From Planctomycetales bacterium (GTDB taxonomy: Bacteria > Planctomycetota > Planctomycetia > Pirellulales > S012-138): DNA of 64,000 nt. The notes under the pieces were generated by a model, which was given only the letters and a program-made list of their open reading frames with translations, searched no databases and was not told where the DNA came from. The DNA is taken from contig WFOE01000240.1 in assembly GCA_015488215.1 (NCBI GenBank), positions 9-64,008 on the forward strand. Direction: 5' to 3'. Each line of letters starts with the position of its first letter. Within the stretch, counting starts at the first letter, position 1. Shown piece by piece: positions 1 through 10,107 of this stretch. A program made the position numbers and the translations under genes.

Positions 1-430
1 AAGGGCGCGAGCCCCGCACGGCAGTGCGGGGAGAAAAGTCGGAGATCGGCTTCCGCCGTGCGCCTTGCGCCAGGAGCTTCCGCTCCAGCGGAAATCGAAG
101 CGTTCCTGCTCGTGCTCGTACTCGTAATCGGCAGTTCGTTACCTGCGCTCAGCACTCGGCGAGCCGGGAGCGTCAGCTCCCGGAGAACGGCACGGCCGTC
201 GGCGACTGGGTGCTTCCGCACCAATGCGAGAAAAAAACGCCGATTCATGCACTCAGCGAGCCGGGGACTTCAGTCCCCAGAGGAAAACGACGAGCAAACG
301 TTTGTCTCCGGCTCTCCCCGGACTGAAGTCCGGGGCTCGCTAAGCTGGAAAAAACCGAGCTGGAAAAAACGCCACTTTTTGCGGCGAGTGATCCGGGAGC
401 GTCAGCTCCCGGCCAGGGGTACCCTTGTCC
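1..430 (+). repeat. Mosaic GC-rich hairpin-module repeat locus A, upstream of tkt
   Basis: Hairpin modules are CCCCGCAC-GGCA-GTGCGGGG (12-31), GGAGC-TTCC-GCTCC (73-86), CCGGGAGC-GTCA-GCTCCCGG (164-183 and 393-412), GGTGC-TTCC-GCACC (209-222), CCGGGGAC-TTCA-GTCCCC (261-278) and CCCCGGAC-TGAA-GTCCGGGG (316-335). The module CTCGTGCTCGTACTCGTAATCGGCAGTTCGTTA is also present. The same modules recur at five other loci in the window. Confidence 0.85.
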
Positions 431-530
431 GGCGGCGAATCTCGGCGAAAATGGCGTTCTCCGGTCCCCGGGCGACACCTGTCCCTGACTGCCCCTTGGG
501 TGTTATTCCTCCGAAACGAAACTGCTTGCC

Positions 531-2591
531 ATGAGCACCGCCCCTACCGCTACCGACCAGGAACAACTGGCCATCAACACTATTCGCACGCTGGCCATGG
601 ACGCCGTGGAACAGGCCAAAAGCGGCCATCCCGGCACCCCCATGGCCTTGGCTCCCGTGGCCTACGTGCTGTGGAACGAGGTGCTGCGTTACGACCCGAA
701 GCACCCGCTCTGGCCGGGCCGGGACCGGTTCGTGCTTTCCTGCGGGCACGCCTCCATGCTGCTTTACGCTGTGCTTCATCTGGCCGAGGTGGAGCAGGTC
801 GATTCGCAGGGAAACCCCACCGGCGAGCCGGCCGTTTCGCTGGAACAAATCAAGAACTTCCGGCAACTGGGCAGCCGCACGCCGGGACATCCCGAGTACG
901 GCGAAACCTCCGGCGTGGAAACCACCACCGGCCCGTTGGGCCAGGGCTGCGGCAACAGCGTGGGCATGGCCGCCGCTGGTCGCTGGCTGGCCGAACACTT
1001 CAACCGCCCAGGACTGCCGCTGTTCGACTACAACGTCTACGTGCTCTGTAGCGACGGCGACTTGATGGAAGGGCTGGGCTCCGAGGCCGCCTCGCTGGCC
1101 GGACACCTGAAGCTGTCGAACCTCTGCTGGATTTACGACGACAACCGTATCACCATCGAAGGCTCGACTGACCTGGCCTTCAGCGAGCAGGTGGCCATGC
1201 GGTTCCAGGCCCTGGGCTGGCAGGTGTTGCACGTGGAAGATGCCAACGACCTGGATGCGATTCGGGCCGCACTGGCCGCCTTCCACGAACATCAGGAAGG
1301 CCCCACGCTTATCATTCTCCGCAGCCACATCGCCTGGGGAGCCCCGAACAAACAGGACACCGCCGCCGCCCACGGCGCCCCCTTGGGCGAAGAAGAAGTG
1401 CGGCTGGCCAAGCAGAACTACGGCTGGCCGCCGGATGCGAAGTTCCTCGTGCCCGAGGAGGTACGCGAGCTGTTCCGCGCCGGTGTTGTCCGCCGCGGGG
1501 GGCAACTGTACCAGGCCTGGCAGGACCGCTGGGAGGAATATCGCCGCCGGTATCCGGAACTGGCCCGGCAATGGGAACAGATGGCCGCCCGGGAACTCCC
1601 CCCCGGAGCCCTGGACCAACTGCCGGAGTTTCCCGCCGACGAAAAAGGTATGGCCACGCGCAAGGCCAGCGGCCAAGTGCTCAACGCCGTGGCTCAACGG
1701 GTGCCGTGGCTCCTGGGCGGTTCGGCCGACCTGGCTCCCAGCAACAACACGCTGCTGAAGTTCGACGGGGCCGTCGACTTTCTGCCCGGCAGCTACCACG
1801 GCCGCAATTTCCACTTCGGCGTCAGAGAACACGCCATGGGCGCCGCGGCCAACGGGATGGCTCTGTGCGGGCTTCGGCCCTACACGGGCACGTTCCTGGT
1901 CTTTAGCGACTACATGCGCCCCTCAATCCGCCTGGCGGCTATGATGAAGCTGCCCGTGCTGTTCATCTTCACGCATGATTCCATCGGCGTGGGCGAGGAC
2001 GGCCCCACCCATCAGCCGGTGGAACACCTGGCTGCGCTTCGGGCTATTCCGAACCTGGTGGTGCTGCGGCCGGCGGATGCCAACGAAGTGAGCCAGGCCT
2101 ACCGCGTGGCTTTGCAGCAGCGGGACCGGCCCGTGGCGCTTATCCTCACCCGGCAAAGCCTGCCGGTGCTGGATCGTTCGCAACTGGCCCCGGCCGAAGG
2201 CGTCGCTCGCGGCGGTTACGTGCTGCTGGATGCTGCCGAAGCCCGAGCGGTGCTGCTGGCCTCGGGCAGCGAAGTCCCGCTGTGCGTGGCCGCCGCGGGG
2301 TTGCTCGAAAAACAAGGCGTGCCGGTTCGCGTGGTGAGTATGCCCAGTTGGGAACTGTTCGACGAGCAGCCCGAAGAATACCGCCAAAGCGTCCTGCCGC
2401 CCCAGTTGCCGGTGCTAGCCGTGGAAGCGGCCGTGGAACAAGGGTGGCAGCGTTACTTGGGGACCAGAGGAGCTTTCCTGGGCATGCGGAGTTTCGGCGT
2501 TTCGGCCCCCGGGGCCAAGGCGATGGCTCATTTCGGCTTTACCCCGGAGAACGTAGCCGAAAAACTGAAACAGTTGCTCGCCCGGGGCTGA
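531..2591 (+). CDS. tkt: Transketolase
   Basis: 686-aa ORF. It has the motifs [26 protein letters not shown] and GPLGQG and a full-length transketolase layout (TPP, pyrimidine-binding and C-terminal domains). Confidence 0.95.
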   Translation: MSTAPTATDQEQLAINTIRTLAMDAVEQAKSGHPGTPMALAPVAYVLWNEVLRYDPKHPLWPGRDRFVLSCGHASMLLYAVLHLAEVEQVDSQGNPTGEPAVSLEQIKNFRQLGSRTPGHPEYGETSGVETTTGPLGQGCGNSVGMAAAGRWLAEHFNRPGLPLFDYNVYVLCSDGDLMEGLGSEAASLAGHLKLSNLCWIYDDNRITIEGSTDLAFSEQVAMRFQALGWQVLHVEDANDLDAIRAALAAFHEHQEGPTLIILRSHIAWGAPNKQDTAAAHGAPLGEEEVRLAKQNYGWPPDAKFLVPEEVRELFRAGVVRRGGQLYQAWQDRWEEYRRRYPELARQWEQMAARELPPGALDQLPEFPADEKGMATRKASGQVLNAVAQRVPWLLGGSADLAPSNNTLLKFDGAVDFLPGSYHGRNFHFGVREHAMGAAANGMALCGLRPYTGTFLVFSDYMRPSIRLAAMMKLPVLFIFTHDSIGVGEDGPTHQPVEHLAALRAIPNLVVLRPADANEVSQAYRVALQQRDRPVALILTRQSLPVLDRSQLAPAEGVARGGYVLLDAAEARAVLLASGSEVPLCVAAAGLLEKQGVPVRVVSMPSWELFDEQPEEYRQSVLPPQLPVLAVEAAVEQGWQRYLGTRGAFLGMRSFGVSAPGAKAMAHFGFTPENVAEKLKQLLARG

Positions 2592-2646
2592 CGCCCGAAG
2601 AGCTTTCCGGCGGGACGTTCCCTCTTCCAACAGGACGGCACGGTCG

Positions 2647-3198
2647 ATGAACGAACCACGATTCCACGCCACGACCATCCTCACTGTGCGGCACCGGGGG
2701 CGCGTGGCCCTGGGCGGTGATGGGCAGGTGACGCTGGGCCAGACGATCGTCAAGGCCGACGCCGTCAAGATTCGCCGCCTGCTGGAAGGGAACGTGCTGG
2801 TAGGTTTTGCCGGCAGCAGTGCCGACGCGTTCGCGCTGCTGGAACGGTTCGAAGCCAAGCTGAAGGACCACCCGGGCAACATGCCTCGGGCGGCCACCGA
2901 GCTGGCCAAGGACTGGCGCACCGACAAACTGCTCCGGAGGCTCGAAGCGCTGCTGATTGCCGTGGATCGGGAAAACACGCTGCTGGTTTCCGGCACCGGC
3001 GACGTGATTCAGCCGCCTGATGGGATTCTGGGCATCGGCTCCGGAGGGCCGTTTGCCGTGGCGGCCGCTCGGGCCCTGGTGCGGCACAGCCAGTTAGAAG
3101 CCGCCCAGGTGGTTCGCGAAGCGTTGAAGATCGCCGCCGAAATCGACATCTACACCAACGAACATCTGGTGGTGGAGGAGCTGGCGTGCGCAACCTGA
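2647..3198 (+). CDS. hslV: ATP-dependent protease subunit HslV
   Basis: 183 aa with an N-terminal [21 protein letters not shown] Thr-protease motif. Overlaps the hslU start by 13 nt. Confidence 0.93.
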   Translation: MNEPRFHATTILTVRHRGRVALGGDGQVTLGQTIVKADAVKIRRLLEGNVLVGFAGSSADAFALLERFEAKLKDHPGNMPRAATELAKDWRTDKLLRRLEALLIAVDRENTLLVSGTGDVIQPPDGILGIGSGGPFAVAAARALVRHSQLEAAQVVREALKIAAEIDIYTNEHLVVEELACAT

Positions 3199-4508
3199 CC
3201 CCGCGGGAAATCGTCGCCCACCTGGATCGTTACATCGTGGGCCAGCACGAGGCCAAGCGGGCCGTGGCCGTGGCGGTGCGCAACCGCTGGCGGCGGCAAC
3301 AACTGCCCGAGGACATCCGCCAGGAAGTTTCGCCGAAGAACATTCTCATGATTGGGCCCACCGGGGTGGGCAAGACCGAAATCGCCCGCCGCCTGGCCCG
3401 GCTCACCGGCGCGCCGTTCGTCAAGGTCGAAGCCACCAAGTTCACCGAGGTGGGCTACTACGGGCGCGACGTGGAGAGCATCGTCCGCGAGCTGGTCGAA
3501 AACGCCATCTCGCTGGTGCGGGAACAAGAACGCCGCCGCCTGGAACCGGAAGTCAACCGGCGCGTGGAAGAACGGCTGCTGGAGCTGCTGTGCCCCGAGC
3601 CCCCTTATGCCGAGGAAGAAGAAGACTTCCAGCGCCACGAGCGGAACCGCCAGCGGATGCAGCAGATGCTCCGCGACGGCAAGCTGGAAGACCGCAAGGT
3701 GGAAATCACCCTGCACCAGAAGGCCATGCCGATGATGGTTACCGGCATGGGCATGGAACAACTGGACATGGACCTGAGCGAGTTGTTTGAAAAACTCATG
3801 CCCGGGCGCACCACTCGGCGCGAAGTAACGGTCAAGGAAGCCCGCAAACTGCTGTTCGAGGAGGAACTGGACCAGCTTATCAACAAGGACGAAGTGCATC
3901 AGAAAGCGATCCAACTGGCCGAAGACCTGGGCATCGTCTTCCTGGACGAGATTGACAAGATCGTGGCCAGCGACAGTCGCGGGCCGGATGTTTCCCGCCA
4001 GGGCGTGCAGCGGGACCTGTTGCCCATCGTCGAAGGCACCACCGTCAACACCCGTTACGGCCACGTGCGGACCGACCACATTCTGTTCATCGCCGCCGGG
4101 GCGTTCCACCGCACCAGCCCCAGCGAGCTGATGCCCGAGCTGCAAGGCCGCTTCCCCATCCGCGTAGAGTTGAGCGACCTGACCCGGGAGGACTTCATCC
4201 GTATCCTGACCGAACCCCAAAGTGCTCTGACGCGACAATACCAGGCGCTGCTTTCCACCGAAGGAGTCACGGTCAAGTTCACCCAGGACGCCATCGAGGA
4301 ACTGGCCGACTATGCCTATCGGGTCAACCAGAAAACGCAAAACATCGGCGCCCGGCGTCTCTACACCATCATGGAACGGCTGCTGGAGGAGCTGAGTTTC
4401 GAAGCCTCGGAAATGTCCGGCACCACGGTCCAGATCAACGCCGCCTACGTGAAACAACGGCTGGACGAAGTGGCCCAGGACGAAGACCTGAGCAAGTTCA
4501 TCCTGTAG
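3186..4508 (+). CDS. hslU: ATP-dependent protease ATPase subunit HslU
   Basis: 440 aa with a GTG start. It has Walker [27 protein letters not shown], and the I-domain insertion typical of HslU. Confidence 0.95.
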   Translation: MRNLTPREIVAHLDRYIVGQHEAKRAVAVAVRNRWRRQQLPEDIRQEVSPKNILMIGPTGVGKTEIARRLARLTGAPFVKVEATKFTEVGYYGRDVESIVRELVENAISLVREQERRRLEPEVNRRVEERLLELLCPEPPYAEEEEDFQRHERNRQRMQQMLRDGKLEDRKVEITLHQKAMPMMVTGMGMEQLDMDLSELFEKLMPGRTTRREVTVKEARKLLFEEELDQLINKDEVHQKAIQLAEDLGIVFLDEIDKIVASDSRGPDVSRQGVQRDLLPIVEGTTVNTRYGHVRTDHILFIAAGAFHRTSPSELMPELQGRFPIRVELSDLTREDFIRILTEPQSALTRQYQALLSTEGVTVKFTQDAIEELADYAYRVNQKTQNIGARRLYTIMERLLEELSFEASEMSGTTVQINAAYVKQRLDEVAQDEDLSKFIL

Positions 4509-4874
4509 TGCGGCTTGCGGCTTGCGCCGTGCGCCTTGCGCCAAGGAGCTTCCGCTCCGAAGGGCGTGGGGGCTTGGAGGCTTGGGGGGATGAGGCAGGT
4601 GCTTACGCACCGGGCGAGAATAAAAGCTGATCCTTGGAAACAGCGAGCCGGGGACGTCAGTCCCCGGAGAAGAATGGCAAACAAGCGCTGGTTCTCGGGC
4701 TGCTCCGCGAGTTCGCACTCGCGGCTCGCTGGATACGCGACAACGTGCTAACACTCGCAACCGGCGAGCCACTGGCTTCACTCGGCGTGGAGACTTGGAG
4801 ACGTGCGGGCTTGGGGGGAGAGCTACCGCTCCGGGCGAGAATAGGTGCTAACCGTAGAATCGGCGAGCCGCTGG
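4509..4874 (+). repeat. Mosaic hairpin-module repeat locus B, between convergent hslU and the rrf2-like gene
   Basis: Contains GGCTTGCGGCTTGCGCCGTGCGCCTTGCGCCAAGGAGCTTCCGCTCC (4510-4558), a G-tract module (4562-4594), GGTGC-TTAC-GCACC (4598-4611) and CCGGGGAC-GTCA-GTCCCCGG (4648-4667). It also has CGCGAGT-TCGC-ACTCGCG (about 4706-4723), GAGAGCTACCGCTCC (about 4818-4832) and three GGCGAGCC anchors. Confidence 0.85.
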
Positions 4875-5306
4875 CTAGATGTAATACATCGGTTCCAATT
4901 CGGTGGGCAGTTGTTTCATTAGTTCGTCCAGCGTGGTACGCCGCAAGAGTTGTTCTTCCTGGCGTCCCAGTTGTTCCCACAGCCCTTGAAACACCGAAGC
5001 CAGAGGCGAGCTTTCCAACGTGGAGCGTTCGCGATGCTGGTCGCTTCCCTGGACCGCCTGCACAATGTCCCAGACCGAAATCTCCTTCGGCGGTCGGGCA
5101 AGCAGGTACCCGCCCGAGGAACCCCGCACGCTATTGACCAGCCCGGCGTTGCGCAGCTCCCGCAGAATCTGCACCAGAAACCCCCGAGGGATGTGATGCC
5201 GGGCAGTGATGGTTCTCACCTGCACTTTGCGTCCGCTGTGGTAGTGCAAGGCCAGCTCCAACGCGGCCAGGCAAGCGTACTCGACCCGGGCGGAGAATCT
5301 AGTCAC
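4875..5306 (-). CDS. Rrf2-family transcriptional regulator
   Basis: The winged-helix core is RVEYACLAALELALHYHSGRKVQVRTITARHHIPRGFLVQILRELRNAGLVNSVRGSSGGYLLARP. The start is placed at GTG 5306. The ORF-track N-terminal extension to 5468 looks non-coding. Confidence 0.8.
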   Translation of the reverse strand: MTRFSARVEYACLAALELALHYHSGRKVQVRTITARHHIPRGFLVQILRELRNAGLVNSVRGSSGGYLLARPPKEISVWDIVQAVQGSDQHRERSTLESSPLASVFQGLWEQLGRQEEQLLRRTTLDELMKQLPTELEPMYYI

Positions 5307-5659
5307 GGTCGCAGAAAATCCTTTGCTGGCAGCAAGCGGCGATGGTTTCCCTGGACACCGGTGGGCAGCGGTCCCGCCTCCTAGGAGTACGGTTGTGGGA
5401 AGCTTGGCACCAATCGTAACCCTGGGGCAAACCGGACTGCAAGCCGCCCGGCGGGAAAAGCCCCGCAACAGGGGCGCTCATTCGGGTCCTGAGGCCGGGC
5501 AAAGGTGGCCCCGGTCCGGGCAAAGCGGTATAACACCAAAACGCCCCGCCGGAAGCGCTCCGGCGGCGCCAAGGCCGGTGGCAGCAAAGCCTGCAGCCGT
5601 TGGTGGCCGGAACCAAACCGCACATGTCGTTTCCCCTTGCCAGCGAAAGGGTGCAGCCA

Positions 5660-6715
5660 ATGATCCGCGTTGGGCTCGCCGGGATTGGGTTCATGGGCTG
5701 GATTCACTACCTGGCCTACCAGCAAGTGCCCCAGGTGCAGTTGGTGGCCATCGCTTCGCGCGACGAGAAAAAACGCCGCGGCGACTGGCGGGGGATCAAG
5801 GGGAACTTCGGGCCGGAGGGCCGCCAGGTGGACCTGACGGGCGTGCGGACCTACGAAACCCTGGAGCAGATGCTGGCCGACCCGGAAGTAGACCTGGTAG
5901 ACCTGTGCCTGCCGCCGGCGCTGCACGCCCCTTCGGCGATTGAGGCCCTCCGCGCCGGAAAGCACGTGTTTTGCGAAAAACCAATCGCCGTCCGGCTGGA
6001 AGACGGCCGCCAGATGGTGCAGGTGGCCCAGGAAACCGGCAAGCGACTGTTCGTGGGCCACGTGTTGCCCTTTTTCCCCGAGTTCCACTTCCTGTGGCAA
6101 GCCGCCCAGGACGGACGCTACGGCCGCCCGCTGGGCGGGATGTTCCAACGCACCATCAGCGACCCGAAGTGGCTCCCCGATTTCTACCACCCGGACAAAG
6201 TCGGCGGCCCGGTGGTCGATCTGCTGATTCACGACGCCCACTTCCTTCGCCTGCTGTGGGGAATGCCCCGGGCGGTGTTCAGTACCGGGCGGATGCACGA
6301 CCCGCAGGTGGTGGAATACCTGTGCTCCCAGTTCCTTTACGAAGAAGGCACGGGTCCGGTGGCGGTCCACGGCGGGGTGATTCGCCAGTCGGGCCGGGAC
6401 TTCACGCACGGGTTCGAAGTCCACTTCGAGCAGGCCACCGTGTTGATGCAGTTTGCCGTAATCGATTCCCAGCCGGTGGTGGCCATGCCGCTGACGGTGC
6501 TTGCCGCCGACGGGAGCGTGGAACGGCCCTCGTTGGGCGAAGGCGACCCGGTGCAGGGGTTCGTGGCCGAAGTGACCGAGGTGGCCCAGGCCCTGGAGCA
6601 GAATCGCCCCTCGCCGCTGCTGGAAGGCCAACTGGCTCTGGACGCTCTGGCACTGTGCCACGCCCAGAGCGAATCGGTCGCCACCGGGAGGGAAGTGGCA
6701 ATTGCTTCGCAGTAA
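5660..6715 (+). CDS. Gfo/Idh/MocA-family NAD(P)-dependent oxidoreductase
   Basis: Has a Rossmann start MIRVGLAGIGFMGWIH and EKP motif (VFCEKPIA). The start is placed at ATG 5660 rather than 5600. Confidence 0.85.
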   Translation: MIRVGLAGIGFMGWIHYLAYQQVPQVQLVAIASRDEKKRRGDWRGIKGNFGPEGRQVDLTGVRTYETLEQMLADPEVDLVDLCLPPALHAPSAIEALRAGKHVFCEKPIAVRLEDGRQMVQVAQETGKRLFVGHVLPFFPEFHFLWQAAQDGRYGRPLGGMFQRTISDPKWLPDFYHPDKVGGPVVDLLIHDAHFLRLLWGMPRAVFSTGRMHDPQVVEYLCSQFLYEEGTGPVAVHGGVIRQSGRDFTHGFEVHFEQATVLMQFAVIDSQPVVAMPLTVLAADGSVERPSLGEGDPVQGFVAEVTEVAQALEQNRPSPLLEGQLALDALALCHAQSESVATGREVAIASQ

Positions 6716-6867
6716 GAAGACAAGTCCATCTCCCGGGCCGGATGGTTCGGGGAGCCGCGGACTTCCGGCGGCTGAATACCCTGGGCAGCCCGGGTATAAT
6801 CGCACCCGCGGCCGCGTGGCGGTCGCTGCGGTCCTGCCTTGCCTGTTTGCCGGGAGAACCGACGGCC

Positions 6868-8172
6868 ATGCGCCCAAGTGTCCTCGATGCGCGTCTTTTC
6901 CGCCCGGTTCGTCGGTGCTGCGGCCTGCTGTTGGTCTTGTGGGTAGCTGCGGTGGGGTCGGGCCAGCGGCTTTGCCGGGCCCAGGACTGGCCTCGGTTTC
7001 GCGGGCCGAACGGCTCGGGGGTTTCCACTTGGCGGTTTCCCACCCGCTGGACCGAGAAAGACTACGCCTGGCAGGTGGAGCTGCCCGGCCAAGGGCACTC
7101 CAGCCCGGTAATCGTCGGCACGCGGTTGTTCCTCACCGCCGGGAAAGAAGACGGCAGCCGGCTGGTGCTGTGCCTGGATGCCCGTAGCGGCCGGATGCTC
7201 TGGCAGCGCCGTTTTCCCGGCCAGACGCATCGCAAGCACCGGCTCAACACGTTCGCCTCGGCCACACCAGTGGCCGACCGGGAGCGAGTTTACGTCATCT
7301 GGGCCACACCCAAGCACTACTGGGTGCGGGCACTCTCGCACCAGGGGGAGGTTTTGTGGGAACGGGACCTCGGGCCGTACAAGTCGGGCCACGGCCACGG
7401 CGTCTCGCCCGTGGTGTACCAGGACCTGCTGATCGTCCCCAACGAACAAGAAGGTCCCAGCCGCCTGGTGGCGCTGGATTGTGCCACGGGCCAGCAAAAG
7501 TGGAGCCTGCCGCGCGATTCCCGCACCACCTACTCCACCCCTTGTGTGTACCGGGCGCCGGGACACCCACCCGCGCTAATCTTCACCAACTGGCACTACG
7601 GTATCACGGCTCACGATCCGGCCACGGGACGCATGCTCTGGCAGGCCCAGGTGTTCGGCAGGCCTGATATCGAAACGGCCATCGGATCGCCAATCACCGC
7701 CGGCGGGCTGGTCATCGGCACCTGCGGCTGGCTGGGGCGCACAGTGCATCTGGTAGCGGTTCGCCCGCAAAAGCGAAACGGCACGTGGCACGTGGAGACG
7801 GTGTACCACCTGCGGCGCGGTGCGCCGCTGACGACCACCCCGGTGGCCGCCGCCGGGCTGTTGTTTGCCTGGTCCGATCAGGGAATCGCCACCTGCTGCG
7901 AGCTGGCCACGGGCAAGGTGGTCTGGCGTCGCCGCGTGGGCGGGAACTACTACGGTTCGCCCATCTACGCCGGCGGGGCGCTCTACGCCATCAGTGCCGA
8001 CGGGGAAGCCGTCGTGTTGGCCGCCGAGCGACGTTTCCGCGTGTTGGGCCGGATGGACTTGGGTCAGCCCAGCAACAGCACGCCCGCCGTGGCCCATGGG
8101 AGGCTCTATTTGCGCACGGTTTCCCGGTTGTTTTGCCTGCAAGCTGTGGGCCGGGATGAAACTTCCCGGTAA
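6868..8172 (+). CDS. Secreted PQQ-like (BamB-type) beta-propeller repeat protein
   Basis: Has a signal peptide (MRPSVLDARLFRPVRRCCGLLLVLWVAAVGSG), then DWPRFRGPNGSG and repeated G..SSPV..G.L/Y blades. The ORF-track upstream extension (5971-6867) overlaps the oxidoreductase out of frame and is rejected. Confidence 0.8.
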   Translation: MRPSVLDARLFRPVRRCCGLLLVLWVAAVGSGQRLCRAQDWPRFRGPNGSGVSTWRFPTRWTEKDYAWQVELPGQGHSSPVIVGTRLFLTAGKEDGSRLVLCLDARSGRMLWQRRFPGQTHRKHRLNTFASATPVADRERVYVIWATPKHYWVRALSHQGEVLWERDLGPYKSGHGHGVSPVVYQDLLIVPNEQEGPSRLVALDCATGQQKWSLPRDSRTTYSTPCVYRAPGHPPALIFTNWHYGITAHDPATGRMLWQAQVFGRPDIETAIGSPITAGGLVIGTCGWLGRTVHLVAVRPQKRNGTWHVETVYHLRRGAPLTTTPVAAAGLLFAWSDQGIATCCELATGKVVWRRRVGGNYYGSPIYAGGALYAISADGEAVVLAAERRFRVLGRMDLGQPSNSTPAVAHGRLYLRTVSRLFCLQAVGRDETSR

Positions 8173-8305
8173 CCCGAAACACTCCGCGGCCAGAGCGATT
8201 GTCCGCCGCCGCCCGGATGGCTAAACTGCATGCTTTCCGAGCTTCTGGCGACTTGGAATCGACGGCGGCCGGGAACTTGCTCTGCCTGAAAGGAAAGGAT
8301 GGACC

Positions 8306-9595
8306 ATGGGCAAAACGGCCAAACTGGTTGTCGACGACCGGACGATTGAGCTTCCCATCCTCGAGGGGAGCGAAGGGGAGCGGGCGTTGGACATTTCCAA
8401 GCTGCGGGCCCAGACGGGGCTCATCACGCTGGACGAAGGCTACGTCAACACCGGCTCGGCCCAGAGTGCCATTACTTACCTGGACGGCGAAAACGGCGTG
8501 CTCCGCTACCGCGGCTACCCGATTGAGGACCTGGCCGAAAACTGCGAGTTCCTGGAAGTGGCCTACCTGCTCATCTTCGGCGAGCTGCCTACCCAAGAGC
8601 AGTACGAGCAGTGGGTCAGCACGCTGCGGCGGCACACCATGCTGCATGAGGACATGCGGCTGTTCTACGACGGCTTTCCCCGCGACGCCCACCCGATGGC
8701 CATTCTCTCCTCGGTCGTCGGGGCCCTGAGCACCTTCTACCAGGACGATCTGGACCCCCGGGACCCGGAACAGGTGCAGATGTCCGTCAACCGACTCATT
8801 GCCAAGCTGCCCACCATCGCCGCTTACAGCTACAAAAAATCAATCGGCCAGCCGTTCATCTACCCGAAAAACGACCTGGGCTACTGCGCCAACTTTCTGC
8901 GAATGATGTTCGCCGTGCCGGCCGAACCCTACGAGGTGGACCCGGATTTTGTCGAAGCGCTGAACAAGCTGCTGATTGTCCACGCCGATCACGAGCAGAA
9001 CTGCAGCACCTCCACCGTGCGGATGGTCGGCTCCAGCAACGCCAACTTGTTCGCTTCCATCTCGGCCGGTATCTGCGCGCTGTGGGGGCCCCTGCACGGC
9101 GGAGCCAACCAGGCCGTGGTCGAAATGCTGGAACAAATCCTGGCCGAAGGGGGCAATGTCAAAAAGTACATCGACATGGCCAAGGACAAATCCACTGGAT
9201 TTCGCCTGATGGGGTTCGGCCACCGCGTGTACAAGAATTACGACCCCCGGGCGCGCATCATTCGCGAACACTGCCACAAATTGCTGGCCAAGCAGAACAT
9301 CAACGACCCCATCTTCGAAATCGCCCAGCAACTGGAAGAAGCCGCCCTGAACGACCCCTACTTCATCGAGCGCAAGCTGTATCCCAACGTGGACTTCTAC
9401 TCGGGTGTGATCTATCGGGCCATGGGCATCCCGGTGCAGATGTTCACGGTGCTGTTTGCCATCGGGCGGTTGCCGGGCTGGATTGCCCAGTGGATCGAGA
9501 TGCACCACTCGCCCAACAAGCGCATTTACCGGCCGCGGCAGATTTACATCGGTCCCACTCGGCGGGAGTTCGTGCCGATGGACCAGCGCGGCTGA
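8306..9595 (+). CDS. gltA: Citrate synthase (type II)
   Basis: 429 aa with the motifs VLRYRGYPIEDLAE, HADHEQNCSTSTVR and GFGHRVYKNYDPRA. Confidence 0.95.
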   Translation: MGKTAKLVVDDRTIELPILEGSEGERALDISKLRAQTGLITLDEGYVNTGSAQSAITYLDGENGVLRYRGYPIEDLAENCEFLEVAYLLIFGELPTQEQYEQWVSTLRRHTMLHEDMRLFYDGFPRDAHPMAILSSVVGALSTFYQDDLDPRDPEQVQMSVNRLIAKLPTIAAYSYKKSIGQPFIYPKNDLGYCANFLRMMFAVPAEPYEVDPDFVEALNKLLIVHADHEQNCSTSTVRMVGSSNANLFASISAGICALWGPLHGGANQAVVEMLEQILAEGGNVKKYIDMAKDKSTGFRLMGFGHRVYKNYDPRARIIREHCHKLLAKQNINDPIFEIAQQLEEAALNDPYFIERKLYPNVDFYSGVIYRAMGIPVQMFTVLFAIGRLPGWIAQWIEMHHSPNKRIYRPRQIYIGPTRREFVPMDQRG

Positions 9596-10107
9596 AACCC
9601 GTCGCAAGCGCGACGCCGGTTGTCTCTGTGTGGGAAGCGAACGGGCCTGAACAGAAGCAATGGCCAGTTGCCCGGCGAGCCGCTCGCTTCGGGGGGGTGA
9701 GGACTTGGGGACTTAGAGGTGTGGGGGGATGGAGGGAGAGCTTCCGCTCCGCGCGGGAACGGGCTTGCGGCTTGCACCGTGCGCCTTGCGCGGGAGCTAC
9801 CGCTCCGACGCCAAAACACTCACTCGTGCTCGTGCTCGAACTCGTTCTCGGCAGCTTGTAATCTGTATCGCGAATCGGCAACGGCGAACCGCCAGCTTTA
9901 GCTGGCGGAGAAGAACCAACGAGCAAACGTTTTTCTCCGGCTTCTCCGGTTCTCCCCGGACTGAAGTCCGGGGCTCGCCAAACTAAAGTGGGCTTGCGCC
10001 GTGCTTCCGCACCGGTCAGGTCCCAAACCTTCACCCGTTCAAGCCCCTGCAAGCGCCCGGCCTCCCCCGCAAGGGCTTGCAGCCGCGGTGGGGAGAGAGA
10101 GGCCAGG
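9596..10107 (+). repeat. Mosaic hairpin-module repeat locus C, between convergent gltA and rpsA
   Basis: Contains CGTCGC-AAGC-GCGACG directly after the gltA stop, a G-tract module (about 9693-9735) and GAGAGCTTCCGCTCC...GGCTTGCGGCTTGCACCGTGCGCCTTGCGCGGGAGCTACCGCTCC (9735-9806). It also has the CTCGTGCTCGTGCTCGAACTCGTTCTCGGCAGCTTGTAATC module, GCCAGC-TTTA-GCTGGC (9891-9906), CCCCGGAC-TGAA-GTCCGGGG (about 9953-9972) and GTGCTTCCGCAC (about 10001-10012). Confidence 0.85.

Noticed and set aside
24-534. 100-158-aa ORFs inside repeat locus A, and analogous ORFs at 4515-5137, 9719-9986, 15924-16201 and 48729-49132
   Set aside because: They lie entirely in the hairpin-module arrays. Their 'conservation' between loci is explained by the DNA repeats. 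They have no RBS or start context and their composition is dominated by repeat-encoded R/A/S/G.
402-1832. 476-aa ORF antisense to transketolase
   Set aside because: The opposite strand encodes a full-length, motif-perfect tkt. The antisense product is G/A/R/P/V-rich with no motifs. Long stop-free antisense frames are expected in GC-rich DNA.
3150-4781. 543-aa minus-strand ORF over hslU, and similar long antisense ORFs at 5381-6877, 14619-15884, 19134-20921, 22829-24040, 24729-26273, 36726-38183, 41134-42726, 47720-48805 and 60852-region shadows
   Set aside because: Each overlaps a gene with strong family motifs on the other strand or frame. All have R/G/A/P-skewed composition and no recognisable domains. 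They are treated as GC-driven shadow ORFs.
5971-6867. 299-codon N-terminal extension of the PQQ-propeller ORF
   Set aside because: It overlaps the Gfo/Idh/MocA gene out of frame and is Arg/Pro/Gly-rich. A proper ATG with a signal peptide occurs at 6868.
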